A DNA stretch of 64,000 bases from the NCBI GenBank assembly GCA_905178155.1, contig CAJINV010000008.1:992001-1056000 (forward strand). Reading direction: 5' to 3'. Each line of letters opens with the position of its first letter. Position 1 is the stretch's first letter. The notes beneath the pieces were generated by a model that was not told the DNA's origin, made no database searches, and worked only from the letters and a program-made list of their open reading frames with translations. Shown in pieces: positions 14,501 through 25,580 of this stretch. The translations under genes were made by a program, and so were the position numbers. Source of the DNA: Amoebophrya sp. A120 (taxonomy: Eukaryota; Protista; Dinoflagellata).

Positions 14501-15965
14501 GCAGCGTTGGACGCTATGGAGCTGTTGCCCGGGCCATTCTAGGGCTGAAAATCGTCAAATTTGACGTGGAAACCGAGGAACCCCTTCGAGTCCCTGTCAG
14601 CGAGGCCCAGACCGACGTTTCGAAAAGTGCGACGGCACCACAACCCGGTCGTGTCTGCAGGCCTGCGTTTTGCGTTGAGTGTGACGTGGACGAGCCCGGT
14701 GAGTTGCTTTTTCCGATTAAGAGCTACCTTCCGCACACCACCTTCAGCGGGTACAGCGACGCGGCCTCCACCGACAAGAAGATTTTGCGGGACGTGTCCC
14801 GCCCCGGAGATTGCTATTTCCGCACGGGCGACTTGCTCCGCCGGGACAAGTTCGGGAATTACTACTTTGTTGACCGCATCGGCGACACGTTCCGCTGGAA
14901 GGGCGAGAATGTATCCACGCTGGAGTTGCAGCAGGTCATCCTTTCAGTCAACGACGACCTGCCTTCCTCGGCCGGCGCGGGAGAAATATCTGGCTTGGCG
15001 GACACGAGCAACAGGACCGATGTTGAGGACGTGATAAGGATCGAGGAAGCCAATGTCTATGGCGTTGTCGTGCCAAACCAACCCGACGGCCGAGCGCCGC
15101 TGGTCGCGCTGACTTTGCAACGTGGCTGTCGCGAAGATTTCGCCCGCGGCGGTTCTGCCACCGGCCAGACCGATGAGGATAGCGGAAGCCTGCAGCGGTT
15201 TCTTAACGACCGGCTGTTGCCGCTTTGCCGCAAGAAGCTACCCTCTTACGCTGTGCCGCTGTTCGTGCGAGTCGTGCACACGCACGCCGCCATGGAGCAC
15301 ACAGAAACCTGGAAGCTGTAAGAAACAAGAAAATTATTTGTAGCCTCAAAATGAGAACTCCGACGCGGGACGGAATGAGGTCGATACGATGTAATTCTCG
15401 TCGTACGTGGCTAGACACTTTGTTAGTTGGCGTAACACCTTTCTGTTCCATTGGCTGTGTGTATTGCGGAAGCAGAAAAATAAAGGGCAAGTGCCTCTTA
15501 CAAAAAAAAAGGTGAGCTCTGCCTATCGCGGGAGAAGGAGTGCGTTGCGCATATGTCCTTCTGCCTATCTTCATGCTATCGCGGCGATCGCAGCACAGAA
15601 CACAAACCGGAACAATTCGTATTGGTTTGCATATTATTTCGCCAACCTGATCATGTTCTAGTAGTTCAAGTTCTCAATTGCATAAAAGGAAGAAAGGCGG
15701 AATGCGCCAGCAAGGAATCGACCCGCAACACTGCTCCCCCGACCGTCTCTTCTCTTTAGTCACGACAACTGCAGCAGAGGACCCGGAGGACCATCGTGCT
15801 GGGACCGTCACTGCTTTTTCTCGTCGGGGTAGGACCGTTCAAGGTGGACGCGCTAGGTACCAACCCTTCGGACAAGCCGAGTACGACGCACTGTGTGCGG
15901 CCACGAGCAGCGGAAGCACATCAAAGTCGACGACTGTGACCAGCGAACTCAAAGCCAACCTCTGA
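11594..15965 (+). CDS. FATP/SLC27-type very-long-chain acyl-CoA synthetase
   Basis: Motifs FIYTSGTTGLPKAA, QYIGELCRYL, EFYGATEG and YFRTGDLL..YFVDRIGDTFRWKGENVST. The N-terminal exons join across three non-canonical introns. GT-AG introns 13398-13679 and 15318-15688. Confidence 0.93.
11691..11952. mobile_element. Introner family D copy 1 (262 bp)
   Basis: TIR tatcaaatgcaaaaacgtctgggtctgga / tccagacccatacatttttacatttgata. DR TTTTC/CTTTC. Removal gives WKIF|PQFYQMWRMANKEFTVTDVW. Confidence 0.92.
12126..12341. mobile_element. Introner (216 bp), termini similar to the 45002 element
   Basis: TIR tatgcaagaaaaaaactgtgta / tacacagtttttttcctggatt. DR GTACC at 12121-12125 and 12342-12346. Removal gives MARY|LLETVRVGTGD. 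Confidence 0.9.
12458..12797. mobile_element. Degenerate introner (340 bp)
   Basis: TAT...ATA ends with a weak TIR and decayed DR CGTTG/CCGAG. Excising 12457-12801 gives RINAVV|GLLNYNLK, as expected for FATP. Using the adjacent AG instead gives a stop. Confidence 0.65.
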
Positions 15966-17222
15966 AAAGAAAGAGTTTGTTATGAGACGAGTTTTGTTTA
16001 TATATACCACCTTAACCTTTCTTTTTCGGTTTCTATCCTGCACCGTGTAGGTGTACTCAAAGCACATTCACACAAAAAATGAAAACGATGCTCATCTTCA
16101 TGCTGACATAGTCATTGCTTTTTTTTTGGTCTCCCTTTCTCGATGTTTTCGGATCAGAACCCTGCGGAACAGTGCTAATGAACTGAAGCTGTACGGCTAC
16201 TCGAGGGGGATGCGCAAACATATTGAGGAACGTGCCTGACAACATGGATTCGCATTTATTTTTATTTCATTGTGTCTATCTTTGTCTTTCATCAACATTA
16301 AGATTAGCCGTCCAATGGATCCAGATCCTAGCCATGCACTGGCTGAAAGTAAAACCCACTGAATTTTTTTAAGGTAAGAGAATCGATCGACATGTGAATG
16401 GTGAAGAAGACTTTTGGAAGAATGTTTTTGCTTATGTATGAAAGAAAAATAATAATAAGTCTTCAAAATTAAAGAATGTGAATAACTGAATGAAAATGTG
16501 AAATATACCAGGATGATAAGCGCAACAAGGCAGGTTTTCGTTGTCGCAGCATCTTCCGGGGAACGAGAAGCGTTGTGGAGAGTCGGCGTGGCATGAGGTG
16601 AAGTTGATTAATGTCACCGCGATCTCTGTCTATCTCAACAAAGGTGCGCATCACCGGAGCGTGAGCGCAAAGTGGCATCAAAGTGTATTTCGTGTGAAAG
16701 ACAGAGAGTAGCCAAAACAGTTGTATCTGTTGCATATTGCTGAATTTGGAGGGCAGTTTTCGAACAGATTGATGGCAGCGGTGAAAAATACTGACGTGCC
16801 ATGTTTCAATCGCCCCTACGAACCACGGAAGGAATTCATAGCAAAGGGATAAGATAGACAATCGCTTCTGGGTTCTTTTCGCGCAGTCGTATTTTTCTGT
16901 ATCCGGCCCGGGCCCGGCGACAAAGCGGACGCTCTGCTGCGATACACTGCCGCACCACAAGTCCTTGTGGCATACCACTCAGACATGTACATGTTTGACG
17001 AGGTGCGTTCCCCTCGCGAAAGATGCAGCGTAGCCATGGTCCTCATGGAAAGAAGTTTTGGTTGAAATGAATGCAGTGAGCCAGGTGGAAGATGTAGTTC
17101 AGTGGGCGTATTGATGGCGTGGGGCGAGTCATTTAAGGCAGAAGTCTCTTCTTGTGTCTACGTCACCGAGCCACGCATTCCCATTCGTGTCGCTGACGAG
17201 TAACAAGACGAAGGGCGAAACA

Positions 17223-20200
17223 ATGGTGGCCGTTCCCGCAGGTTGTCCGCGTGCCTCTGGTGCCTCAGCGCCATCGTCCATTTATTTGAGCAGATTGCGC
17301 CCTGTTGCTTGCGTCATTTTTATCACTCACCTCACGGACACGGCGCCCCAAGCGGCGGTGGCTCTTTCCCGACACGAAGTATCGACGGCCACCAGTGGAG
17401 GTACAGGAGGTGGTGGGCTTATTTCCTCGTGGGCACGACAGCTTTTCCTTGGCCCAAGTAAAAGCGGAGGCGATCGAGGCGGTGCTGGCGAAGACAGCTG
17501 GGCCGACGACGATGCGACGCGACTCGTACAGACAACAGCCACAGGTCTGAGTAGAGGTGAGGTGGCGCAAGGTACTTAAGATACCAGGAGGTACTTTTGT
17601 TTCTGAGTGGCAGAATGCGGAAGTGAAAATAAAGTACTAGCAGCTTCTCTTGATTTGATCTGTCATCTATTTGCTGCCCGTCTGGAAACACGCGACGCAG
17701 CCTATTTTGGTTCCTGCAAGGACAAAAATCCAAAAGACTGAGCAAGCCCCAGCTCGTGCGTGCATTCATGATCATCGTTTGCTTCCCCGCACCGCAGGCG
17801 GAAAAAAAAGTTCTATCGGAGCTCGCCTAAATTCGATGCTCCTATCGAATCTATTCTAAATCGTTCTGATCTGTCAGGAGCGGGGGCACGAGCGCAGGCA
17901 GGATTAACCGCCAGTGAGCTTCGCGGGGATGCTACGCAAACCACCGGTCGCGCGTTTTTTTCGTCGCCCTTCGGACGGCCGCGCAGCGACACCGGTAGAA
18001 GTGCAAACACCAATTTGCTGCAGATGCAGCATCTCCTTGCTGCCGGCTCGGGCTCGACGTCCTGGAGTAATTTTGGGTCCGGAACTACTGCCGTAGTACC
18101 TGAGGTCAGTCCCACCTTGATCAACGTCATTTCCCTCACATTTCAGTATTTTCTCGTCTACGCTGCCTACCACATACTGCGCACCTACAACCAACTCAGA
18201 AAGGGCGCGATCGAGACAAATCCAAGTGGCAACGAGCCGGACAATGATATCGATGTTACAATAGATGGAAATGGAGCGCCTATCACTGCCTCCACACGAG
18301 CGCCTCCAAGTAGCGAACGGGGTCGGCCTTTGATTCAGGTAGCGGCAGTTAATGATGTGAAGATGTCATCATGCCTGAGTATTTCCAGTGGCGGTCAACC
18401 TGTTGTAGAAAACAGGGACTCGTCCTTGAAATTAAGTACGTTTTTAGCTGAACAAGTTCTGAAGGAACAAGAAGAGCACAAAACTAAACATGACAAAAAT
18501 ACATAAAGAATCGGTAAATATGGCTGAAGAGACAGATCCAACCTCAATACTTTCAGAGCCAGACCGGGCGCGGATCGGCTCCCATGTCCACGAGGGACCA
18601 GGCAACGACCACGCTCAAATCCACGCGTTGGCCGGATGCGCTAGAACTGGAGCAGGTGCTGCAAAAAATGGTGCAAACTGTGCAGCTGGCCCCGATGCTG
18701 GCGGTGCTCTTCATCGCGACCCGGCTCCGGGCGTCCACGCTTGGGGACAACCAGAGCCCGCCCGGGTACGCGCAGACCTGCATGTACGTTGCCACGTACG
18801 CCGTGCTGACGGACACGATCGTCGCCGCTGTCCTTCCGTTCTTCATCTCGGACGTGAGCAAGGCAGAGAGCGGCATGGCGGCCAACGACCCCGTGGGCGG
18901 TGCTCCCACAGCTGCTGGTGATCCGGAGGCGCCCCCGGCACCGCCCGCGAATACTTGGCTGCAGCGGCTCAAGGATCGGGTAGAAGACGCCGTAGAAAGT
19001 GCGACTGGCTACGACATCGACGGAGACGGCGACGTGGGTGAATCTGACGGTATGCACCGGAAAGTAGGATGTCGTTGCGCGCTTCTTGCCGTTTTTATAT
19101 TGGAATCAACATATGGATATGCATATGTAAATGTATGATTTACACAGACTCAGACAGGCTTCGTATTTGTTCCAAAGCGAAACCGCGGCACAACTTTTTG
19201 GATTTGTAAGAAAATTTTCCGAGCCAGAAGGGGAGTCGAGTTTGTTCCCTCATCGTTCAAATGAGACTGAGAGAGGAAGCGCCACCTTTCCCTTTTCAAA
19301 AGCCACGACGAAGACGTGGGGGCGACCAAGTTTTTCGGCGCGGCTGTCCCCTCCGTCGGAAAGAGAAAGCGGTTGACGCGACACGAAAAGCGGCAGCAGG
19401 CTTACCAGAGGAAGCTGGTGGCCATGCGGGCAGTGAAGATTCTGTCGATCACCCGCACAGCGCTCACATTTGCTGTCTATGCCTCGTTCTCCGTGGTCAT
19501 CTTCGCGCTGATTGCGATGGAGGCGCCCGCCGGAAACCGACACTGCCCCACCTGTGCCTGGTCCTGGACCCCCGACGTGCCCGCGAGCCTGCAGTGTCTC
19601 ATTAATCTAACGCTCCAGTATTTCGCGGTCTATCTGGCACTCTACGCCTCCCAAATGTACTCCATCTTTTGCACCCCGGACCGGCAACCGACCAAAGTAG
19701 CGAAGTTTCTGGAGCGGGTAAATAAATACTAAAACTCGTATGTAAGAACAAGAAGTTTTTGCTCGTGTGTTCAAAATGCTGGAGTACATCACAGCACATC
19801 GCTACAGACTGCCGGAGTAGAAGATGAACAACTGCTTGATGTTTCTTTGGGGAGAGACGCAGGAAAGCATATAAATGAAAATGACAACAGGCACGGGAGG
19901 CCAGTGAGCTGTGTCCCATACTCGCGGTGCTTTTCATCGCGGTGCGACTGCGCGCGAATCAACTGAAGACGGAGCCGCAGGAGTACGCGAAAACGGCCTT
20001 CTACGTGACTACCTACGCCGTGCTGGGGCAGACGGTATTGGCGCTGCTCCAGCCACTAGTGCACCAGTTAAACACGCTGTTGGGGTTTCTGCTCGAGTGC
20101 GCCAAGTACCTGTTTCTCCTTTCGATCTACGCCGGCACAGTGGTGGTGATCTACAGCATTTTCGACCTCGAGCTACCGAAGCACTTCGGGAGCAGCACTC

Positions 20201-21358
20201 CTGCGCTTTCCACGCCTGGAAAGTGCATTTTGCTAGTAGTCATGGTCTACTTCGTGGTGTTCATCCTTCTCCAAATGATTCGCTCCTACTATTACAATGA
20301 AAAATGCCCCCACCCCCGAACTTGAAAGCATTTGTATTGCAAACCTTTCCAAATGAAACATTCGCGCTCTTGCATCTATCAGCATCACAGGTTTTCAACC
20401 GTGAATAGCAAAAATTTGTATTGCAAAAGGCCCCAGCAAGAGCGGCGCTTGTCATGTAAGCGATGCGATACACGCCTAGACTCTGCATCAGAAAGATCCA
20501 TACTCCTTCCATGCATGACAGAAAGTTTTCATTTGGAAACTTCGCATCACAAATTTTGCAATTTCAGGGGTGGGGGGCACTTTTCACTGCAATACCTACT
20601 CGCTTTGGGTCCTGAAGCTGCATGCAAAAACGAACCTCGAAATCATGCTCGAGGAGTCGCTGCCGTCCTTGGAGCTGATTCCAATGTTGGGCGTCGTGTT
20701 TGTGGCCGCTCGGTTCCGCGCTATGGAGGTGCGCCCAAACCTATCCACCGAAGGGTTCGGCCCAAAGCTGGAGCTACCTTCTCCTGTGGTATATTGCATG
20801 GCGACACTTTGGAAGATGCATCACGTGCCTCGGGAGTGGCAAAAACTACACTCGACGCGCAATTTGCCTCCAAGTTCCAGCACCATTCCATTCTTTTACG
20901 GTGCAACGTGCCGCAAGAAGATGCAACAATGACTGCATGCGATATTAAAAAGGCCTGGCATACAACACTGTGTATAGAGAACGACATCGCTTGATTGGCC
21001 ACATTAGAGGTGGTAGAACAACGCTCTGGGCGTATTTACTGGCCCATAGGCCCAAGGCGGCGAAATCCAGCAATGGGCAAAGATCTTTATGTACCTAGCC
21101 GCTTGCGCGGTCCTGGTACAGACTGCCGTGAGCATCGTCCTACCCTACTTCAACGGGCAGATCCAGGTCCTTCCAGTAGCAGATCCGGCGGCGCCGGTGA
21201 AAGAGCGAATCTTACTCAACTATCGAAGGCACACTCGGCGGGAGACCGCAAAGAGTTTGAGCATGGCCAAATTCGCAGCGATGGCAGGTGTGTATGCGGG
21301 GGTAGCGGGCGTGTTGGTGTCAATTCTCACCATTGAGCCTACGAGCGTGCTGCTCTGA
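17223..21358 (+). CDS. Uncharacterised polytopic membrane protein with three internal repeats
   Basis: Repeated blocks LTFQYFLVY / LTLQYFAVY / VMVYFVVF, PMLAVLFIATRLRA / PILAVLFIAVRLRA / PMLGVVFVAARFRA, and MYVATYAVL / FYVTTYAVL / MYLAACAVL. Multi-exon; the start is uncertain. Confidence 0.75.
20290..20594. mobile_element. Introner family B copy 2 (305 bp)
   Basis: Family B TIR. DR CCTAC at 20285-20289 and 20595-20599. Removal gives MIRSY|SLWVLKL. Confidence 0.95.
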
Positions 21359-22028
21359 AGCTGAATCATAGGGCGGCGATGAATCGAGATTTTCGTGTTA
21401 AAACCCGCGAACGCAATTCCCTCTCCTTTTTTCTCAGTCCGTTCAGACTCATCTTCTTCATTAGAGATGAAAAGGAGCCGACTTAAGTCAGCTTCTACAC
21501 TGCCTCGGAAGTCGGAGTCTTGATGACAAATTTGCTGACAACCTAGTTGCAAAACATGGTAAATTTTTACGCAGATGAGATGTCTGTTGTGCTGTTCCAC
21601 AGGATGATTGAAGACTTCAGTTACAGATACCTGAACCTGCTCGCTGGTATCTTTACTAGAGAGACCACTAATTCCTTTTCGCTGCTTTCCGGCGAGAATG
21701 ATAAACTAAACTTGGGTATACACGAAATAACTGCGGCACCGCTCCACGCAGAGGTCTAGTATCGCGATCATGTGCCCCATAATTCAATTAATCGCAGTGC
21801 TTTGGCATTCGTCCGATGGTATACTCATAGCTTCCATTTCTTTTCAGTGCGTCTGGTTCACCCTCCTCGGAGCAGAATTTTTAGCCTGCTTCTGAACTAG
21901 AGACCGTATTGTACTACCAAAATCATAATAAAATCAATGATTGGCATTTGAGCTGGTGTCGGGTACTATTTTGAAGCGTTTTTCTTTTTAGATTTCTCAG
22001 AGTGCGTAGAAGGAGCGCAGATAAAAAG

Positions 22029-24634
22029 ATGACGGCGTCCTCGGAGGTGAGCGAGCAGCAGAAAATGCTGGAAGCAAATGCCGGGAAAGAGGGTGCCCGA
22101 ACCCGGGTTCTCATCACGGGTGGCGCGGGATTCATCGGGTCTCACCTGCTGGATTATCTCATGGAGCGCGGCTATGATTGCATCGTGTGTGACAACTTTT
22201 TCACCGGTAAGAAGGACAACGTAGCTCGCTGGATGGGCCATCCTAATTTCGAGATGATAAGGTACTATTCATTGCATACGCCACATACATTGCCTTTACT
22301 TCTCACATAAGTAGATTAAAGTGCTGTGCCCCGCTCGCCACGCCGTGTTGTTTTGCCCTGGGGTGTATTTCCTTTTTTTTTCTTCTATACTTACACTTAG
22401 TCGATCATGTCGGTGAAGGAACGCAGAAAGCGTTTGGCTTCATCTTGATTCTTCATTTTTACATTTAGGAAGTTACCCATAACGTCGACAGGCACGACAT
22501 CGTGGAGCACCTGATGGTGGAGGTGGACCAGATCTATCACCTTGCCTGTCCTGCCAGCCCGGTTCACTAGTATGCAAAGCAACGGATGCGCTGCAGCAGA
22601 GTAGCGGTCTCTGGCGTTGCCGTTGTAGTTCTGAACATCATGATGACGACAAGGAGCAATGCCAAGCGCCAACGCAGTTCATGAAAAATTAGAATTATAT
22701 GAGGAGCGCCTCGCCAGTACCATCGCCGTCCCGGCCTCATTGTGATGATGATATTAAGTATTGCTTTTTGTCAAGAACAGGCCTGAAAAAGATGCAGCCG
22801 CAAGATGCGACTAAAGTGCGGCCAGCAGGACAGCACTGGACGAGAGATAGATCCGTTGCTTTGATGCATAATCCCCAGCACAACGCAATCAAGACCATAA
22901 AGTGCAACATCATGGGAACCATGAACGTGTGCGGTCTGGCGAAACGAATCGGCGCTCGATTGCTACTGGCCTCCACGTCCGAGGTGTATGGCGATCCCGA
23001 CGTGCATCCACAACCGGAAGAATATTTTGGAAACGTAAATTGTATCGGCCCAAGGTCGTGCTACGACGAAGGCAAGCGGACGGCAGAAACACTCTGTACA
23101 GCGGAAAGACTCACTGCTTGTGCTTGCCCCGTGCAACTGGACACATTCTTCTGAAGCAGCACCTTGCGATATATTTTTTTCGAAAGTGCCATTGATAATT
23201 ATCAGAACCTCCAATTATGATCAAGGTCATCTTCATCCCAGGTATGGACTACCATCGGCAGCACGGCGTCGATATTCGCATCATTCGAATCTTTAACACT
23301 TACGGTCCACGCATGATTTTCAATGACGGGCGAGTTGTGTCCAATTTTATCGTCCAGGTATTGAGCTGAGCATCTCAGGAAAATTTCGAATTTCGGTCCT
23401 CTTTGCCAGCATATTTATCCACCGCATCCACATCGAGCGATGCTAGCATGACTCTTGATGTTTGTTGTCTCTTTCATGCTAGTAAAAAAGTACTAAAGCT
23501 AGAGCTAGTGCAACATCGTAATCGTTTGCCTAGAATAACAATAAATGTATGGGGCAGCAACAGCGAGGAAGTAGGGATAGGGCAAGCAAACTGCTGGATG
23601 TAAAAATTCAATACTCCAATTCCAAACACTGCTTACAGCAACTTAAAATCAAACTCAGGCTCTTCGCAACGACCCGATAACGGTTTACGGAGACGGATCG
23701 CAGAGTTTACAAGTGTGAAAACCAGTTGTGTCGTGTCTTTCATCCGAAGTGCCTTTTTTTCCGTTAGTTTATGTCACCAGGAAGCTCATTGACATTTTTG
23801 TCATTAACGGTGGCCATCGCTGAGGAAATCGCATGGTGGAACTCGGTGTGAAAAGGACATGTTGGAGCTGTAGCTCCAACTGCTACATTAACAACCCGCG
23901 TTGCGTATGTGTATTCATGATCGAGATGACATAAATCATTATGACGAAAACGCACCAGCAAAGCTTTAACCAGTACGGATGTCAACGTTTACGCGACAGT
24001 TATTGCATTTTCATAAGGCAGATCTTTCTGCTATGTCAGCGACCTTGTCGAAGGAATCTACCGGATGATGAACCAAACGGAAACAATAGGTAGGCGTTAT
24101 TTTGTTAGGGTTTACAACAATGCTAATGCTGGTGAATGAAGATCGAATCCGGTCTGCGGACTGAAAATGATGGATAAGCCATCAAGTTGTGGTCTTCACA
24201 AAAAGAAACATGAACGTGTCAACAAAAAGCGAAGGAGCATGCAAGAGGACAACCTGTGCCACCAGTACCAAGGGGCGTTTGTATGGAAATAAAAGTGATG
24301 TACTATCTTATCAGGCCCGATCAACCTCGGAAACCCGGGGGAGTATACCATGAAGGAGCTTGCCGAAGAAGTGATCAAGTGTCTCCCGAGCACCAACTCG
24401 AGCCTGGAGTACCGTCCGCTCCCACAGGACGACCCGAGGAGGCGGAAGCCTGACATCACGAAGGCGAAGAAGTTTCTGAACTGGGAGCCCACTGTGTCGT
24501 TGCAGGCCGGCCTCGCAAAGACGGTGGACGATTTCTCGACGCGCGCGAAGCGAAACCCGGCGGAACTGGTGTGTAGCCATCAGAAGGGAGCACAGGTGAA
24601 AGCACCCTCACCTGTATCCACCATCAGCACGTGA
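22029..24634 (+). CDS. UXS1: UDP-glucuronate decarboxylase (UDP-xylose synthase)
   Basis: Motifs [58 protein letters not shown] and [14 protein letters not shown] introns 22262-22491, 23096-23241, 23358-23658, 23705-24017 and 24090-24314. Non-canonical intron 22570-22874. Confidence 0.96.
22571..22870. mobile_element. Older introner (300 bp) in UXS
   Basis: TIR tatgcaaagcaacggat / atccgttgctttg(atg)cata. Decayed DR ACTAG/ATCCC. Excising 22570-22874 gives PVHY-QHNAIKT. Confidence 0.85.
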
Positions 24635-25580
24635 CGACGGTTGACGGTGGACATTTTTCCCCGAGCGAACACGGAGGTGCTATGTGCAGTTGCGTGTCAA
24701 AGAATCTTCGCATGCAGATACAGCTAGCACCTTGTTCCTGGAAGAGAAAGAATGTAGCTCATGCTCAGCAACTACAAACAGACAGAGATAGATGCTCAAA
24801 GTGCTAATCAACCCTCCTCCACCTGGTCGTGAGGGCGATAACCCGAGTGCTCTACTCAGGTCAGTCGATACAACGGGGGCTAAGTTCTGCAATCTCAATC
24901 TGTTAGACACGAGTTCTTTTTGATTCCGTGTTGAGCGAGCCACCGCACGTTCGGGAACGTGGAACAAGGGGCGGAGGCGCATGATAGAAATACACGTATC
25001 TGCCCTGTGCAAATGCTAATGCTCGGCATGCTCATTGTGTAAGTACCCGCGTAGAGAACGAGCGAAAGGTCGCGGAAATAACTTAGAGTCTGCATGGATG
25101 TTGAGGCCGCGTGGGTCCGGTGTTACTGTTGAGGGAAGCAAGAAGTGACGTGATCGGCTCTCACTTGTTTCTTTACTCGCGCAGAAAGGCGATGCTGCTG
25201 CATCAAGAAAAATTGACGCTATTGCTGAGAAACGTGTCTAAAGACCGGGGACTGTAGTTCGAAAATGTCGGGGTCTGGACCTGGGACCGGATCGGCTCGT
25301 CCAATTGAGAATTATGAGAGACGGCCTGTATAAATCTGGTCTCGCGCCGCACTGACAAAAATGATTGAGGCGTCGGGGGAACGACAGGAAGAAGAAACGC
25401 AACAAGAAGTCGTGGCCGCGACGACACATCAAGATGAACGTCACGTCTTCGCGGGATTTTTATGTCGGACGTCTGACAAAAGCAAAATGGAGGGGATTCT
25501 TGTGAATCTGAGGTGGCCTATTCGTTCTGCCAGCACTAGCGAGTAGCAGATCGAATAAGTAAAGAACAAGGTGAAGCAGG

